From: Candidatus Bathyarchaeota archaeon
GTDB lineage: Archaea; Thermoproteota; Bathyarchaeia; Bathyarchaeales; Bathycorpusculaceae
Length of the DNA stretch: 64,000 nucleotides
Direction: 5' to 3'
Assembly: GCA_963775685.1 (NCBI GenBank)
Contig: CAVZJV010000014.1
Coordinates: forward strand, 1,984,001 to 2,048,000
Below are positions 47,871-58,299 of this stretch, in pieces. Below the pieces are notes generated by a model that was given only the letters and a program-made list of their open reading frames with translations, was not told where the DNA came from and did no database searches. Numbering within the stretch: the stretch's first letter is position 1; the number at the start of each line of letters is the position of its first letter. A program made the translations under genes and the position numbers.

Positions 47871-49253
47871 GTGGAGAAAGCAACCTTGATTCTTCTAATG
47901 ACCACCGCTCCTCCAGAAAAATCGCCCTGGGGCATGGCGGGAAAGCTTCCTCCCTTAGGCTTAGCCTACGTTGCGGCGGCACTGGAAAAGGGCGGATACC
48001 CAGTTGAAATTTATGACAATTATCTTATGGAGCGTCCCATCGAAGAGGTTAAAGCGGAAATTAAAAAGCGTCAACCACAAATCGTTGGCATAACCTGTAG
48101 CAGCTTAACTTATACTCGGTGTATCGAGACGGCTAAAGCAGCTAAAGAAGCCTGCCCAACCTGCAAGGTGGTGGTGGGTGGACCGCATCCTTCGTACATG
48201 CCCGAGACCATGCTACAACACAACGAGATCGATTACGTGGTCATCGGCGAAGGGGAAACGGCGATAGTGAAGCTTGCCGCCAGCATCATCCAAGGAGAAC
48301 CGAACAGCACCATCGCCAAGATTCCAGGAATAGCCTGCAAAATCAACGGCGAAATAACCCAAACTGCACCCCAATTCATCACAGATTTAGACACAGTTCC
48401 CTTCCCCGCACGCCACATGTTGCCCATGAAAATGTACGACCGCGCACTTCCCTACATAGACGTCAAACCCGTCGACACCATGAGCATCCTGCGGGGCTGC
48501 CCATACAAATGCGCCTACTGCGAAACCCGCGAGCTATGGGGAACAGCCTGCCGAGCCTTCTCACCACAACGAGTCATCGACGAAATCAAAGATATGATGG
48601 AGAAATACGGCACCAAAGGCATCTACTTTGTCGGCGACAACTTTACCATAAACAAAAACCGCGCCACCGAACTCTGCCGCCTAATCAAAGAAAACAAACT
48701 TGACATCAAATGGACCTGCGAAACCCGAGCAGACCTAGTCAACAAAGAACTGTTAGTAGAAATGAAGTCCGCTGGGTGCCAAACCATTTTCTTCGGTACC
48801 GAATCTGGGTCTCCGCGGATTCAGCAGAAACTCGGCAAAAACATCGACCTGCAAGAAGTCGAACGCACCTTTGAAATTTGCCGTCAAGTCGGCATCAAAA
48901 CAGCCACATCATTTATGCTTGGTATCCCAGGCGAAACTGTTGAGGATATGCAAGCAACCTTCAATTATGCCAAACGCCTAAAAGCTGATGTCTGCATGTT
49001 CAACATCTACATTGCTTGCCCAGGCAGCGAACTCTACGACGAAGTAGTAAGCCAGCACCTCTACGACCAAATGGACAACTACCTGGCAAGAGTTAAAACC
49101 AAAGAATTTGACTATGACATGCTCGTCAAAATCCAAAGAGAATACCAGAAAAGCTTCCAGAAGTCAGCCGCATCCAAGCTGATTCGGGTGATTAAGCAGG
49201 AAGGCTTAGGGAGTGCAGCTAAAAAAGGCGCCAAAGTAATCTTCCACCGTTAG
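47871..49253 (+). CDS. Cobalamin-binding radical SAM protein #4
   Basis: PPLGLAYVAA, GGPHPS, GEGE, RGCPYKCAYC, FGTESG, CPGSELY. Confidence 0.92.
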   Translation: MEKATLILLMTTAPPEKSPWGMAGKLPPLGLAYVAAALEKGGYPVEIYDNYLMERPIEEVKAEIKKRQPQIVGITCSSLTYTRCIETAKAAKEACPTCKVVVGGPHPSYMPETMLQHNEIDYVVIGEGETAIVKLAASIIQGEPNSTIAKIPGIACKINGEITQTAPQFITDLDTVPFPARHMLPMKMYDRALPYIDVKPVDTMSILRGCPYKCAYCETRELWGTACRAFSPQRVIDEIKDMMEKYGTKGIYFVGDNFTINKNRATELCRLIKENKLDIKWTCETRADLVNKELLVEMKSAGCQTIFFGTESGSPRIQQKLGKNIDLQEVERTFEICRQVGIKTATSFMLGIPGETVEDMQATFNYAKRLKADVCMFNIYIACPGSELYDEVVSQHLYDQMDNYLARVKTKEFDYDMLVKIQREYQKSFQKSAASKLIRVIKQEGLGSAAKKGAKVIFHR

Positions 49254-49268
49254 CTCAATCGACTTTTT

Positions 49269-49583
49269 TTATATCGGCACTTCTATGGCTCGACAAACTT
49301 CAACAAACGCATCAATCGGCAGCTTGCTGTCAGTCACATTCTTTATCAACATACGCCCCCCATCAAAGAGGCTGACTTCCATCTTCATGCAGTCAAAAAT
49401 CAGAAGCATAGGCGCCTTCACCCGAACCTTCATCTTCTGCTTCTTAATTTTCTCGCAAGCCTGATCCATGTTAAACTTTAGTTGCGGTGCCGGAGTTATG
49501 TCGGCGGTTTTTCCTCCACAGAGCCAAACGATGTTTAAAGTTAGGTTGCCGACGACTTCTTTTTGTTGTGACGTTTCGTTCAA
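49269..49583 (-). CDS. Small protein resembling the C-terminal domain of ThiF/MoeB proteins
   Basis: WLCGGKTADITP...EVSLFDGGRMLIK resembles the LCGRxxVQIxP...xxFxDGRxLI extension. Confidence 0.5.
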   Translation of the reverse strand: MNETSQQKEVVGNLTLNIVWLCGGKTADITPAPQLKFNMDQACEKIKKQKMKVRVKAPMLLIFDCMKMEVSLFDGGRMLIKNVTDSKLPIDAFVEVCRAIEVPI

Positions 49584-49828
49584 CTCCAGCTGTATGTTTT
49601 AGGCGTAAGGTTGCTTTATCAACGTTGCGATAGAACGGGTTGGGGATTTTTTTAATAAAAATTAAACCTTTTACTTGCTTGTTTGAAGATGTAGCATTTA
49701 ATGCCCTTAAAAAAAAGTAATAATTAAAATCTGTCCTATGGTTTGAGATGGGCATCTCAAACGTCTTTTTGGTTAGTCAAGAAACTTCACTAATTTTAGT
49801 CAAGAGACCTATACAAGAAACCTTTTAA

Positions 49829-50586
49829 TTGCTAACAACTAAAAACAGATGGTCTGAGCATAGGAGCTGTTACTTCAATTATCTCATCATTGCCTTACTT
49901 TCTACACTAACACTTGCTAACTTGCAAATGTTAAGTGGAAATCCAACCTACATATGGGATTATCCAATGGATAATGGTGTTGTAGTTCCAGACAACAAGA
50001 CAAAACCGCCAACCATTCAATTTTATTTCGAAAACTATACAGAGTCGCAATAACAGCCTTTTATACCAATTTACATGAAGGTTGGCGATTCGAGCACTGC
50101 CCAATCAAGAATGCTTGAAGAAGTAAACTATGAAGCAGATTGGTTATCCAGTAATACTAACTATTTACAAATACATTGTATCGATTGTGTTAGCTCAAAT
50201 CCAAAGCTACCTACGCCTACAATAACTGAATTATCAACAACAATCAACCTAACTGATGTACCTTGAGGGAAATCACAGAATAACCATTTATGCTAACGAA
50301 ACTGGGTATTACAAGAGCTTAAATTATTCTCCAAGTGACAACTACACTTTCAATTATTATTATGATTTTAGTATTACAGGCTCATCAACGTTGAATTTCA
50401 TGGTTGATACGCCCCCTTAGTCTTCAATAAGCCCAAGCACAACGTCCTATTTGCAACAAGCAATAGAAATGCACCCCATTTAGACCCAATATTTTACTTG
50501 ATACCTGTCAGCATTATAGTGGTTGTAGTTGCGGTGTTAGTTCTGCTCTTTAGAAATCATCGAAAGACCCCTAACTTGAATCAATA
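49829..50586 (+). pseudogene. Fragmented exported protein (signal peptide, Ig-like body, C-terminal TM)
   Basis: Successive fragments in different frames: NPTYIWDYP...KPPTI; EEVNYEADW; INLTDVP/EGNHRITIYA; TM IIVVVVAVLVLLFR. Several stops and frameshifts. Confidence 0.55.
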
Positions 50587-50669
50587 GACCTTTTCCCATG
50601 GCAAGGTGCAACTGCTTATAATACTAAATTTCTTAAGCAAGGGCAAAACAATTAGAACGTTGATTTGCT

Positions 50670-50959
50670 ATGCCTGAGCAGTTTAAGCTAATGATTCTTG
50701 TTAACATTCTGTTGGGTTTGCTTTTTCTTGTTTTAAACTATGTTTACTATTATTTTGCTAACAGGTTTGAGGGGCTGGTGCTCTTTGGAGTCCTTTGTGG
50801 TTGACTTTCTATAACTTTAAAGCAGCTGCAACTATTGGAGATGTAGGTGCTCAAGAGCCTAACTTTAGTTTTTACTTCTTTTGGGGTTTAATGATCGTTA
50901 ACGTTTATTTCATATATATGCTTCAAAGAAGCAATCAAACAAAACTGAGCCTTTCTTAG
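50670..50959 (+). CDS. Small two-TM membrane protein, frameshifted
   Basis: MPEQFKLMILVNILLGLLFLVLNY... then in the shifted frame WSPLWLTF...PNFSFYFFWGLMIVNVYFIYMLQRS. Confidence 0.45.
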
Positions 50960-51246
50960 GTTGCTGTCCTCTCATTGAATGCTTTTGGAGAACAACAACT
51001 GGTTTTTGTTTGGAAAAAGTTTGATGTTTTTCTTTGACTTGAATAAAGTTAAAAGAAGAAGAGTGAAAAAACGGCGCTTCTTCTTCTTTTGTTAGTAATA
51101 CCCGCAAAGGTTGATATGGGGCATTGCTGAAAGAAGAAAAAACGCAATTTTTCCAGAAAATGATATTTTTTCTTCTTCTCGGCAACGACCAAAAATGGGC
51201 ATTTGGATTTGAATTCTGTATTGTTCTTTCCAAGTAATGACTTTTA

Positions 51247-51975
51247 TTATTTGGGTTTGAGACCTGCTTCTTCGATATCCATGTAGAGGAAGTCGCCTAC
51301 ACGGAACGGTGAACCTCCAAAATCGACCACTTTGCTCTTCTTGGTGAACTTGGTTAATTCGACGCGTTGCTTAAACAATGGTGCGTCGAGAGTTGTGGAG
51401 TGGTATTCTCCGGGTTCCCCTGAAACATCAATTCCTTTTCCAGCTGGACCCACGAGTGGTTGCATGTCTTCGATGCATTTTCTGTCAATTTGGCGTCCCA
51501 ACCACTCGGGAGTGAAATATCTTTGGTCGACACAGCTAAGAATCGCTTTTACACCGGCGTTCTGTTCCATTTCCATAATTCGTTTGCGGCGTCGATTGCC
51601 AGGAATTAGGTTGAGGGGGCGGTCCCAAAGCGGCATCATAAGCTCCACTCCCAACTTCTTGCAAGCGTCTTTCCAAACGCGCCGATGATGGACGTTGTCA
51701 ATGTCACCTGTGACGATGGCTTTTGCGCCTTCTTCTTTATGGAGCCGTTCAAGGGTTCCCATTATGTCGTCATAGCGGTTGTCGGTGATTTTGACGAATT
51801 GGTGGGGCATGCCAAGCGCCTTGACTTGGTGTTCTATGACTTTGATGCTGTGGAAAATGTAGGGTTCCATGTAAATGTAGGTGACAAGGGAGGCGACTTC
51901 GTGGCCTTGCTCGACTATTTTGTGCAGTGCGGTGGCGCAGTCTTTTCCTCCGCTCCAGTGAACAATAACTTTCAT
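51247..51975 (-). CDS. Diphthine-ammonia ligase (Dph6/MJ0570)-like PP-loop ATPase #2
   Basis: HWSGGKDC, IFHS, IVTGDI, PLW, WLGR, DVSGEPGEYHS..LDAPLFK. Confidence 0.87.
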   Translation of the reverse strand: MKVIVHWSGGKDCATALHKIVEQGHEVASLVTYIYMEPYIFHSIKVIEHQVKALGMPHQFVKITDNRYDDIMGTLERLHKEEGAKAIVTGDIDNVHHRRVWKDACKKLGVELMMPLWDRPLNLIPGNRRRKRIMEMEQNAGVKAILSCVDQRYFTPEWLGRQIDRKCIEDMQPLVGPAGKGIDVSGEPGEYHSTTLDAPLFKQRVELTKFTKKSKVVDFGGSPFRVGDFLYMDIEEAGLKPK

Positions 51976-52057
51976 GCTAAATCAACCTCCAAAGTCTCGC
52001 CTGAAACTGTTTGATGAGGGATAAACACGCCAGCATATAAGCGTTTTAGAAACTGCG

Positions 52058-53527
52058 TTAGCTTTGTTGGTCTTTGCTGGGGGTGCTGTGTCCGCCGGGA
52101 CTCTTTTTTACGTGTCTCACCCTGCCCAGTTGCCTAAATGCCCATCTTGTGAAGCGGTATTTCCAGACGAGGTGGTTTAGTGCCATGCGCGCCATGATTT
52201 GGCTGTGGAAATCTCCTCGGCGGCTCATCCTAAGGTAGTAGGTGGGGGTGAAGATGCTGTCGTAGATGGCTTTTTTGGTTTCCTCCAGCTTTGGAAGAGG
52301 CAGAAGCTTGTTCTCGAAAACCTGCATCTGCTCGTGGTACCGGTTCCAGTCTTCACTCATGGGTAAGCCAAGTTTTCGAACATAATCGGCTAATTCGGTT
52401 CCTGGGTAAGGAACTGCTTCACACATGTAAACATAGTCAGGCTTCGTTTTGCGAATGAAGTCCACGGTTTGCTGGAGCATTTCTGGGGTTTCTCCTGGGT
52501 AACCTATAACTAGTGAAATCGCAACCAGAATGCCTGCCTCTTTAACCATCTTTATGGCCTTGGCGTTTTGCTCGACAGTGGTGCCCTTTCGCATGATATT
52601 TAGCAGTTGTTGGCTGCCTGATTCGACGCCGAAATGGATTAGCTGGCAGTTTGTGCTCTTGAGTTTTGCAAGTAGCTCTTTGGATATTCTGTCTACTCTT
52701 GTTCGGGAATCCCATGGAAGCAAGAACCCTCGAGCCTGCATTTCATCACAGATTGCAATTGCTCTGTTTATGTCGTGGGTGAATGTGTCGTCGTAGAAGG
52801 CAAACGATTTGGCTCCAAACGTGTCTCTTAGCCATTCGAGTTCATCGACCACTTTGCTTGGGCTTCGGGCTCTAAAGCCGCTACCGCACATCTTTGATGC
52901 CAAGCAGAAGGCGCAGTTGAAGGGGCATCCTCGGCTGGTTATGATGGGCATGTAGTTTTTGCCGTTGATCCTGTAGCGGGTCATGTCGAAGAGGTGGTGG
53001 GCTGGGCGAGGCAGCGAATCGATGTTTTCTATGAATGGTCGGTCGGCTGTAGCCACCACTTTGCCGTTCTTCTTGAAAGTTATCCCTAAAACATCGCCAA
53101 GTTTCTCAAGCTTGCCCTCTGATACTAAGCTTGCGAGCTCCAACATCGTCTGCTCTCCTTCTCCACGAACAACGATGTCCACATCTGGACTGTCGGTGAA
53201 GGTGCGCTCGTCAAGAACTGTGACGTGTGGTCCGCCAATCATGGTTACGCAGTTTGGAAGTGCGGCTTTGGCGGCTTTGAGGATTTTAAGCGCTGGGAAA
53301 TAAGTAACTGTTGCAGCTGTGACGCCGATTATGTCGGGGTTGAGGCTCCTGAATTTGTCTTCCATCTCTTTTTGGGATGGTCGGTTAACTTGGGAATCCA
53401 CGACATCCACTTTGTACCCTTTTTCTTCAAGCACTGCCGCCAGGTAGCTTATGCCCAATGGGATGAAGACGGCTTGCGGCACATCGTCTGGGTAGGGTGG
53501 ATTTGCAAGGACTACGTGAGCTTTCAC
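52058..53527 (-). CDS. Cobalamin-binding radical SAM protein #5 (subgroup B)
   Basis: LANPP, PLGISYLAA, GGPH, TSRGCPFNCAFC, FGVESG, PYPGTEL. Confidence 0.92.
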   Translation of the reverse strand: MKAHVVLANPPYPDDVPQAVFIPLGISYLAAVLEEKGYKVDVVDSQVNRPSQKEMEDKFRSLNPDIIGVTAATVTYFPALKILKAAKAALPNCVTMIGGPHVTVLDERTFTDSPDVDIVVRGEGEQTMLELASLVSEGKLEKLGDVLGITFKKNGKVVATADRPFIENIDSLPRPAHHLFDMTRYRINGKNYMPIITSRGCPFNCAFCLASKMCGSGFRARSPSKVVDELEWLRDTFGAKSFAFYDDTFTHDINRAIAICDEMQARGFLLPWDSRTRVDRISKELLAKLKSTNCQLIHFGVESGSQQLLNIMRKGTTVEQNAKAIKMVKEAGILVAISLVIGYPGETPEMLQQTVDFIRKTKPDYVYMCEAVPYPGTELADYVRKLGLPMSEDWNRYHEQMQVFENKLLPLPKLEETKKAIYDSIFTPTYYLRMSRRGDFHSQIMARMALNHLVWKYRFTRWAFRQLGRVRHVKKSPGGHSTPSKDQQS

Positions 53528-53728
53528 TTGTTTCCCCGGCTTGATGATTGAAAAACGGTTGTTGGAACTATTATGTGTTTTGCAGAAACGCCAAAATACA
53601 AAGTATTAGGCGCTTGACGCTATTTCTCCTGCAGAATTGTTATCTGGGCTGAATCGAAACACAAGGGTTTTTATGCTAAGCACTCAATAGCGATTGTAAT
53701 CAAGCATAACTTTAGGTAAAGTGGCAGT

Positions 53729-55279
53729 TTGTCGGCGGATTTAGCTCTTATCGAAGCGAATGTTAGGACAATGAACCCACGTCAGCCCTTTGCAGAAGCT
53801 GTGGCCATAAAAGAAAATAAAATTTTCAAAGTCGGCACAACCCAAGAAATAAAAAAGCTAAGCGGAAAGAGCACAAAAGTCATCAACCTGAAAAGAAAAA
53901 CAGTAATTCCCGGCTTGATCGACACTCACATTCATTTGGCAGATTTTAGCAGATGCTTAATGTGGCTTGACTTAACAACTGCCCAATCAATCAAGGAATT
54001 GCAAAACCTCCTAAAAGAAAAAGCGAAGCAAACTCCGGCTGGGAAATGGATTGTGGGCCGTGGCTGGAACGAGAACGATTTCAAAGAAAAACGTCTATTA
54101 ACCTTGAAGGATTTCGATGCGGTCTCACCAGACAATCCAGTGATTCTCTACCATGGATCTGCCTACGTTTGTGCCGCAAATACCAAAGCATTAACCATGG
54201 CAGGGGTAACAAACCAAACAACAGCTCCATCAGGCGGAACCATAGACAAAACTGCAACTGGCGAACTAACTGGGATTTTTCGGGGCACCGCCACCAACCT
54301 GGTTTGGCAAGCCATGGCAGAACCCACGTTGAAGGAGTTGACGGATGCTACCGCGTTGGCATGTCACCAAATTGTGCAAGCAGGAATAACCAGCATAGAT
54401 TGGATAATCCATTCAGAAAACGAGCTTAATCTTATCCAGTTACTCCACGAACAAGAAAAACTCCCAATTAGAGTTAATGTGATAATACCCTACGAACTCT
54501 TGAAGAATGCAAGCAAATTTAGGTCAACCGATCTTTTGAGGCTTCGTTTGGGAGGCGCTATTATCTTCACCGACGGCTATATAGATTCTAAAACCGCTGC
54601 GCTCATGCACCCTTATAGCGACAACCCAGATAACAGCGGCAAGATGATGTGTACCCAGCAAGAATTGGCGTCTTGGGTAGAGCAGGTTTTGGCGTTGGGT
54701 CTTCAGCCTGTTATTCATGCGATGGGCGACAAAGCAATTGACACAGCCTTAAATGTGACCGAAAAATCTTCCAAGAAAGTTAGGTTACGCATTGAGCAGG
54801 CAGCACTCCTAAACAATGAACTAGTAAAACGCCTCAAAGCTCAAGACATCGTTGTTTCAGTTCAGCCAAAAATGGTTCCCACTGAATTCACGGTTTGGTT
54901 AGCCACTGAGCATTTGGGGGTTGAAAGAGCAAAATGGCTTCATCCTTTCAAAACTCTGCTAAACGCGGGTGTCAGAGTTGTTGGTGGTTCAGACTGCCCC
55001 ATGGAGCCCCTAAACCCGTTTCTGGGAATGCAAGAAGCTGTAAATAGGGAAAGTTATCCTGAGCAACGATTAACTGTTGAAGAAGCTTTGCGCATGTACA
55101 CGCTGGATGCTGCCTATTGTTCAAGTGAAGAAACCATTAAGGGTTCCATTGAAGAAGGAAAACTTGCCGATATAACAGTCCTGTCAAACGACCCATCTTT
55201 GGTTCCACCATTTAAAATCCAAGACATCAAACCAGAAATGATAATTATAGATGGAAAAATAATTTTTTCGAAGCCCTGA
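53729..55279 (+). CDS. Amidohydrolase-3 (YtcJ-like) metal-dependent hydrolase with variant active site
   Basis: PGLIDTHIH, GRGW, HAMGD, GSDCP, KGSIEEGKLAD; RIEQA replaces the usual RIEH. Confidence 0.85.
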   Translation: MSADLALIEANVRTMNPRQPFAEAVAIKENKIFKVGTTQEIKKLSGKSTKVINLKRKTVIPGLIDTHIHLADFSRCLMWLDLTTAQSIKELQNLLKEKAKQTPAGKWIVGRGWNENDFKEKRLLTLKDFDAVSPDNPVILYHGSAYVCAANTKALTMAGVTNQTTAPSGGTIDKTATGELTGIFRGTATNLVWQAMAEPTLKELTDATALACHQIVQAGITSIDWIIHSENELNLIQLLHEQEKLPIRVNVIIPYELLKNASKFRSTDLLRLRLGGAIIFTDGYIDSKTAALMHPYSDNPDNSGKMMCTQQELASWVEQVLALGLQPVIHAMGDKAIDTALNVTEKSSKKVRLRIEQAALLNNELVKRLKAQDIVVSVQPKMVPTEFTVWLATEHLGVERAKWLHPFKTLLNAGVRVVGGSDCPMEPLNPFLGMQEAVNRESYPEQRLTVEEALRMYTLDAAYCSSEETIKGSIEEGKLADITVLSNDPSLVPPFKIQDIKPEMIIIDGKIIFSKP

Positions 55280-55283
55280 GTGA

Positions 55284-55541
55284 CTATTTTTGTGGTTCTT
55301 TTTGGAGTTCAGCGATTAATCTCCAGACAAAGAATCCAGCGGCACTCAGGATGAACATAATGATTGTGAAGGTGTCGAGTCTAGTTGTTATAAGATGGGA
55401 TATGGGCAATGTCAGCCATTCGGGATGGGCAATTTGGATAGTTACGCCATATAGCCATGCGAGCAATCCAAACACGAATAGCATGAATGCGAAAGCTTTG
55501 ACGGTAAACATTATTCGGTAGAGAATGGTGTTCATATCCAC
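55284..55541 (-). CDS. Small two-TM membrane protein
   Basis: 85 aa; two hydrophobic helices flanking HPEWL...RLD. Confidence 0.6.
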   Translation of the reverse strand: MDMNTILYRIMFTVKAFAFMLFVFGLLAWLYGVTIQIAHPEWLTLPISHLITTRLDTFTIIMFILSAAGFFVWRLIAELQKEPQK

Positions 55542-55615
55542 TTAGGAATCTGAAGAGAATTATAAAACTTGCGAGAAAAAAAAGGAGTTCCGACTATATT
55601 AAAAATTAACTTAAA

Positions 55616-57064
55616 CTAGGTCATTTTCAGTAGAATCTTTATGGTTTTTATGGGGTTTCGGGCAGCTCTCAAAATTTTGGCTCTGGTAAAGGTTGGGTTA
55701 GCCATGTTGGCTCTTACGCATAGTTCCTGTAGCTCTTGGGCTGTGAACTGTGGCGTTTCAATCAAAGGCTCCGTCGCTGCCAGGGCGAAGTCACAGAATC
55801 CTTCACGAAGGTACCCGCCTTCTTTTGCCTGTTCGTAGAGGGCTGTTCCGTAGAGGGGCATGGCGATGCTGAATATGAGGCTGTCTGCGCCGAGGCTGCG
55901 GAGTTTGTAGGCGAATTTTATGGTTTCTTCGATGTCTGCTTTGGTTTCCCCGATCACGCCCAGTACGAAGAAGCAGCCGACTTTGATGCCGACTTTTTTG
56001 CATAAAACAACTGCCTGCTCAACTTTCTTCAAATCTAAATTCTTGCCGATGACCTCATTAACGACGCGCTGAACGCCTGATTCTGGGGCTACTCGGATTT
56101 TTTTGCAGCCGGATTTCTTCATTTTTCGCAGAAGCGGCTCGTCTAAGGTATCGGCGCGAACACCGTTTGGTGTAAACCACTCGATGTGCAAGCCGCGTTG
56201 AACGATTAAGTCACAGATGTCCGCCATACGCTTCTTGTCCAGTGTCATGTTTTCGTCGTAGAAATCAACCTGCTTAACGCGATAGGTCTTCACTATATGT
56301 TCGAGTTCATCAACGACGTTTTTTGCGCTTCGAGCTCGCCAAGTTCTACCCCAGAGGATGCAGACGGAGCAGAAGACGCAGCTGTAGGGGCAGCCTCTGG
56401 TGGTTGTGACGATTGTCCAGGGTTTGCTTATTTCGCCCCTTAGCGGGTTTTCTTTGACGGCTTCATTGTAAACTTCCATAGGCAACAGGTGCCTAGCAGG
56501 AAAAGGCAAAGAATCTAAATCTTCGATAAACGCGCGTTTTCCCGTAAGAGTGGATTTACCCTTTTCTTTAAAACCCAAACCATCTATCATAGCCAAATCT
56601 TGCTTTCCCGAAGCAAGCGCGTCGACGAGTTCGGAAACGGTGTTTTCTGGCTCACCGATAACAACATAATCAACATCAGATTCTGAAAGGCAAGCTTCGG
56701 GTCTCGCCGTAGGATGCTGACCCATCAACACCACTACAATCTTGCTATTGACAGCTTTGACTGCTTGGATCACATCGAACGCGGTTCTTGACCAACCCGA
56801 AAAAGGAATCTCCACAACCACTAAATCGGGATTCCACTGCCTAACTCGTTCAGCGATGGTTTCTGAACTTAAACCCACACGGTACTTTGAATCATCCAGT
56901 TCTGCGAGGTTCCTCCACCCTTCCGTTGGAGCATCGATGATACTTACAATGTGCTTTTTTTCCAAAACGGCTGCGACTGAGGCTAAGACGATGGGTGGAA
57001 AAACGTTGGGTTTTCCCCATGCTTTGGGTTGAATGCGGGGAGGATTAATCAAGCAAACACGCAT
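55616..57064 (-). CDS. Cobalamin-binding radical SAM protein #6
   Basis: LINPP, PPIVLASVAA, GQHPT, GEPE, TTRGCPYSCVFC, TPNGVRAD, APESG, PLYGT. Confidence 0.92.
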   Translation of the reverse strand: MRVCLINPPRIQPKAWGKPNVFPPIVLASVAAVLEKKHIVSIIDAPTEGWRNLAELDDSKYRVGLSSETIAERVRQWNPDLVVVEIPFSGWSRTAFDVIQAVKAVNSKIVVVLMGQHPTARPEACLSESDVDYVVIGEPENTVSELVDALASGKQDLAMIDGLGFKEKGKSTLTGKRAFIEDLDSLPFPARHLLPMEVYNEAVKENPLRGEISKPWTIVTTTRGCPYSCVFCSVCILWGRTWRARSAKNVVDELEHIVKTYRVKQVDFYDENMTLDKKRMADICDLIVQRGLHIEWFTPNGVRADTLDEPLLRKMKKSGCKKIRVAPESGVQRVVNEVIGKNLDLKKVEQAVVLCKKVGIKVGCFFVLGVIGETKADIEETIKFAYKLRSLGADSLIFSIAMPLYGTALYEQAKEGGYLREGFCDFALAATEPLIETPQFTAQELQELCVRANMANPTFTRAKILRAARNPIKTIKILLKMT

Positions 57065-57115
57065 ACGGGCACTCTTGAAACATCAATACCCTGCTGCTGC
57101 GATTAAAACTTTCCA

Positions 57116-58120
57116 CTAAATGGGCATAAACCAGAACAACCGCACAAGAACGATGACGCCGACGCAGATAAGCCCCCAAAGAACAATCGTCACATCCCTG
57201 ATCTTTAGAGCCCCCAAAATTTTATTTCCAGTCAACGGTTCCTGAGCGTCGCCAAGAATGTACTGTCCGGGCTTTTCGAGCTGAATTCGGAGTGCTCCTG
57301 CCACTGCTGCCATCGGCCACCCATGGTTGCGGCTGGGCGTTTTTTTGTGGTCTCGTCGCGCGACTCTCCAAGCGTTCCCAGCATCCATCCGAAGAATAGC
57401 TGCGGCTACAATCATAAGTAGAGCCGTCAAACGCGTAGGAACGTAATTGACAAAGTTGTCCAGGTTAGCGCTAAACCATCCCGTGTTGATGTGCTCTTTA
57501 GTCTTGAAGCCTACCATACCGTCTAAGGTGTTGATTGCTCGAAACGCAATGGCGCCGGTCACTCCGAACAGAGCGAACGACATCATGGGAGAAAGTTTGA
57601 AGTCGATGAGGTTTTCTGACATGGATTCGATTACAGCGCTGCCCATCTGTGAGCCATTTAGGTTTTTGGATTCTCTGCGAGAGAAGTGGCTGTATTTTTT
57701 TGCTTCAGGAAGATTGCTTTGGTCGATGGCTTTTGCTGTTGCTTTAGCCCAATCGGTCTCAAGTTTTATACATATGGTCATTTTTACTAAGATTATGGCG
57801 ATGAAACCGTATACCGCAATGTTGACGTAAAATGATACGTACGTGTTTATTGCCCATAACCCGAAGAAGACTGGAAGCGCAAAAGCAGCAATCACTGTTA
57901 AACCAAGCAGGGTGCCGAGGAACTTTTCGGTTTTAGCGTTGGGGCTCTTGAACGCAGGTTCGATTTTTTTGGTGAACTTTCCCATCAAAACTGTGGGGTG
58001 CAGCTTGAAAACTAACTTGTCTGGGGTGTTGGGTGAGGGGTCGCCCAAAACTAGATCCAAAAGGATAGCTAAGATTAGAATTACGATTGCGACGAGTACG
58101 TTTATGAGGTTTGGCTCCAA
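57116..58120 (-). CDS. cbiB: Adenosylcobinamide-phosphate synthase CbiB/CobD
   Basis: LDLVLGDP, HPTVLMG, ESMSEN..D, RAINTLDGMVG, G.FSA.LD...NYVP.RL, LEKPG.Y.LG. Confidence 0.92.
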   Translation of the reverse strand: MEPNLINVLVAIVILILAILLDLVLGDPSPNTPDKLVFKLHPTVLMGKFTKKIEPAFKSPNAKTEKFLGTLLGLTVIAAFALPVFFGLWAINTYVSFYVNIAVYGFIAIILVKMTICIKLETDWAKATAKAIDQSNLPEAKKYSHFSRRESKNLNGSQMGSAVIESMSENLIDFKLSPMMSFALFGVTGAIAFRAINTLDGMVGFKTKEHINTGWFSANLDNFVNYVPTRLTALLMIVAAAILRMDAGNAWRVARRDHKKTPSRNHGWPMAAVAGALRIQLEKPGQYILGDAQEPLTGNKILGALKIRDVTIVLWGLICVGVIVLVRLFWFMPI

Positions 58121-58299
58121 GATAACCCAAACTTGCTTTTTGAGATACTTCCAGTAAACAGTTAATATCGATTACGGTTAATAAGACGCAGAGACTATTA
58201 TCTGAAAAACACGTACATTTTGATAGTCAGAGCTTTCGAGTGTGGTTGGTTTTAGGCTTGGTTTTTTATGTGTGGACGCCTGACATGTGGTTAGGTTTG

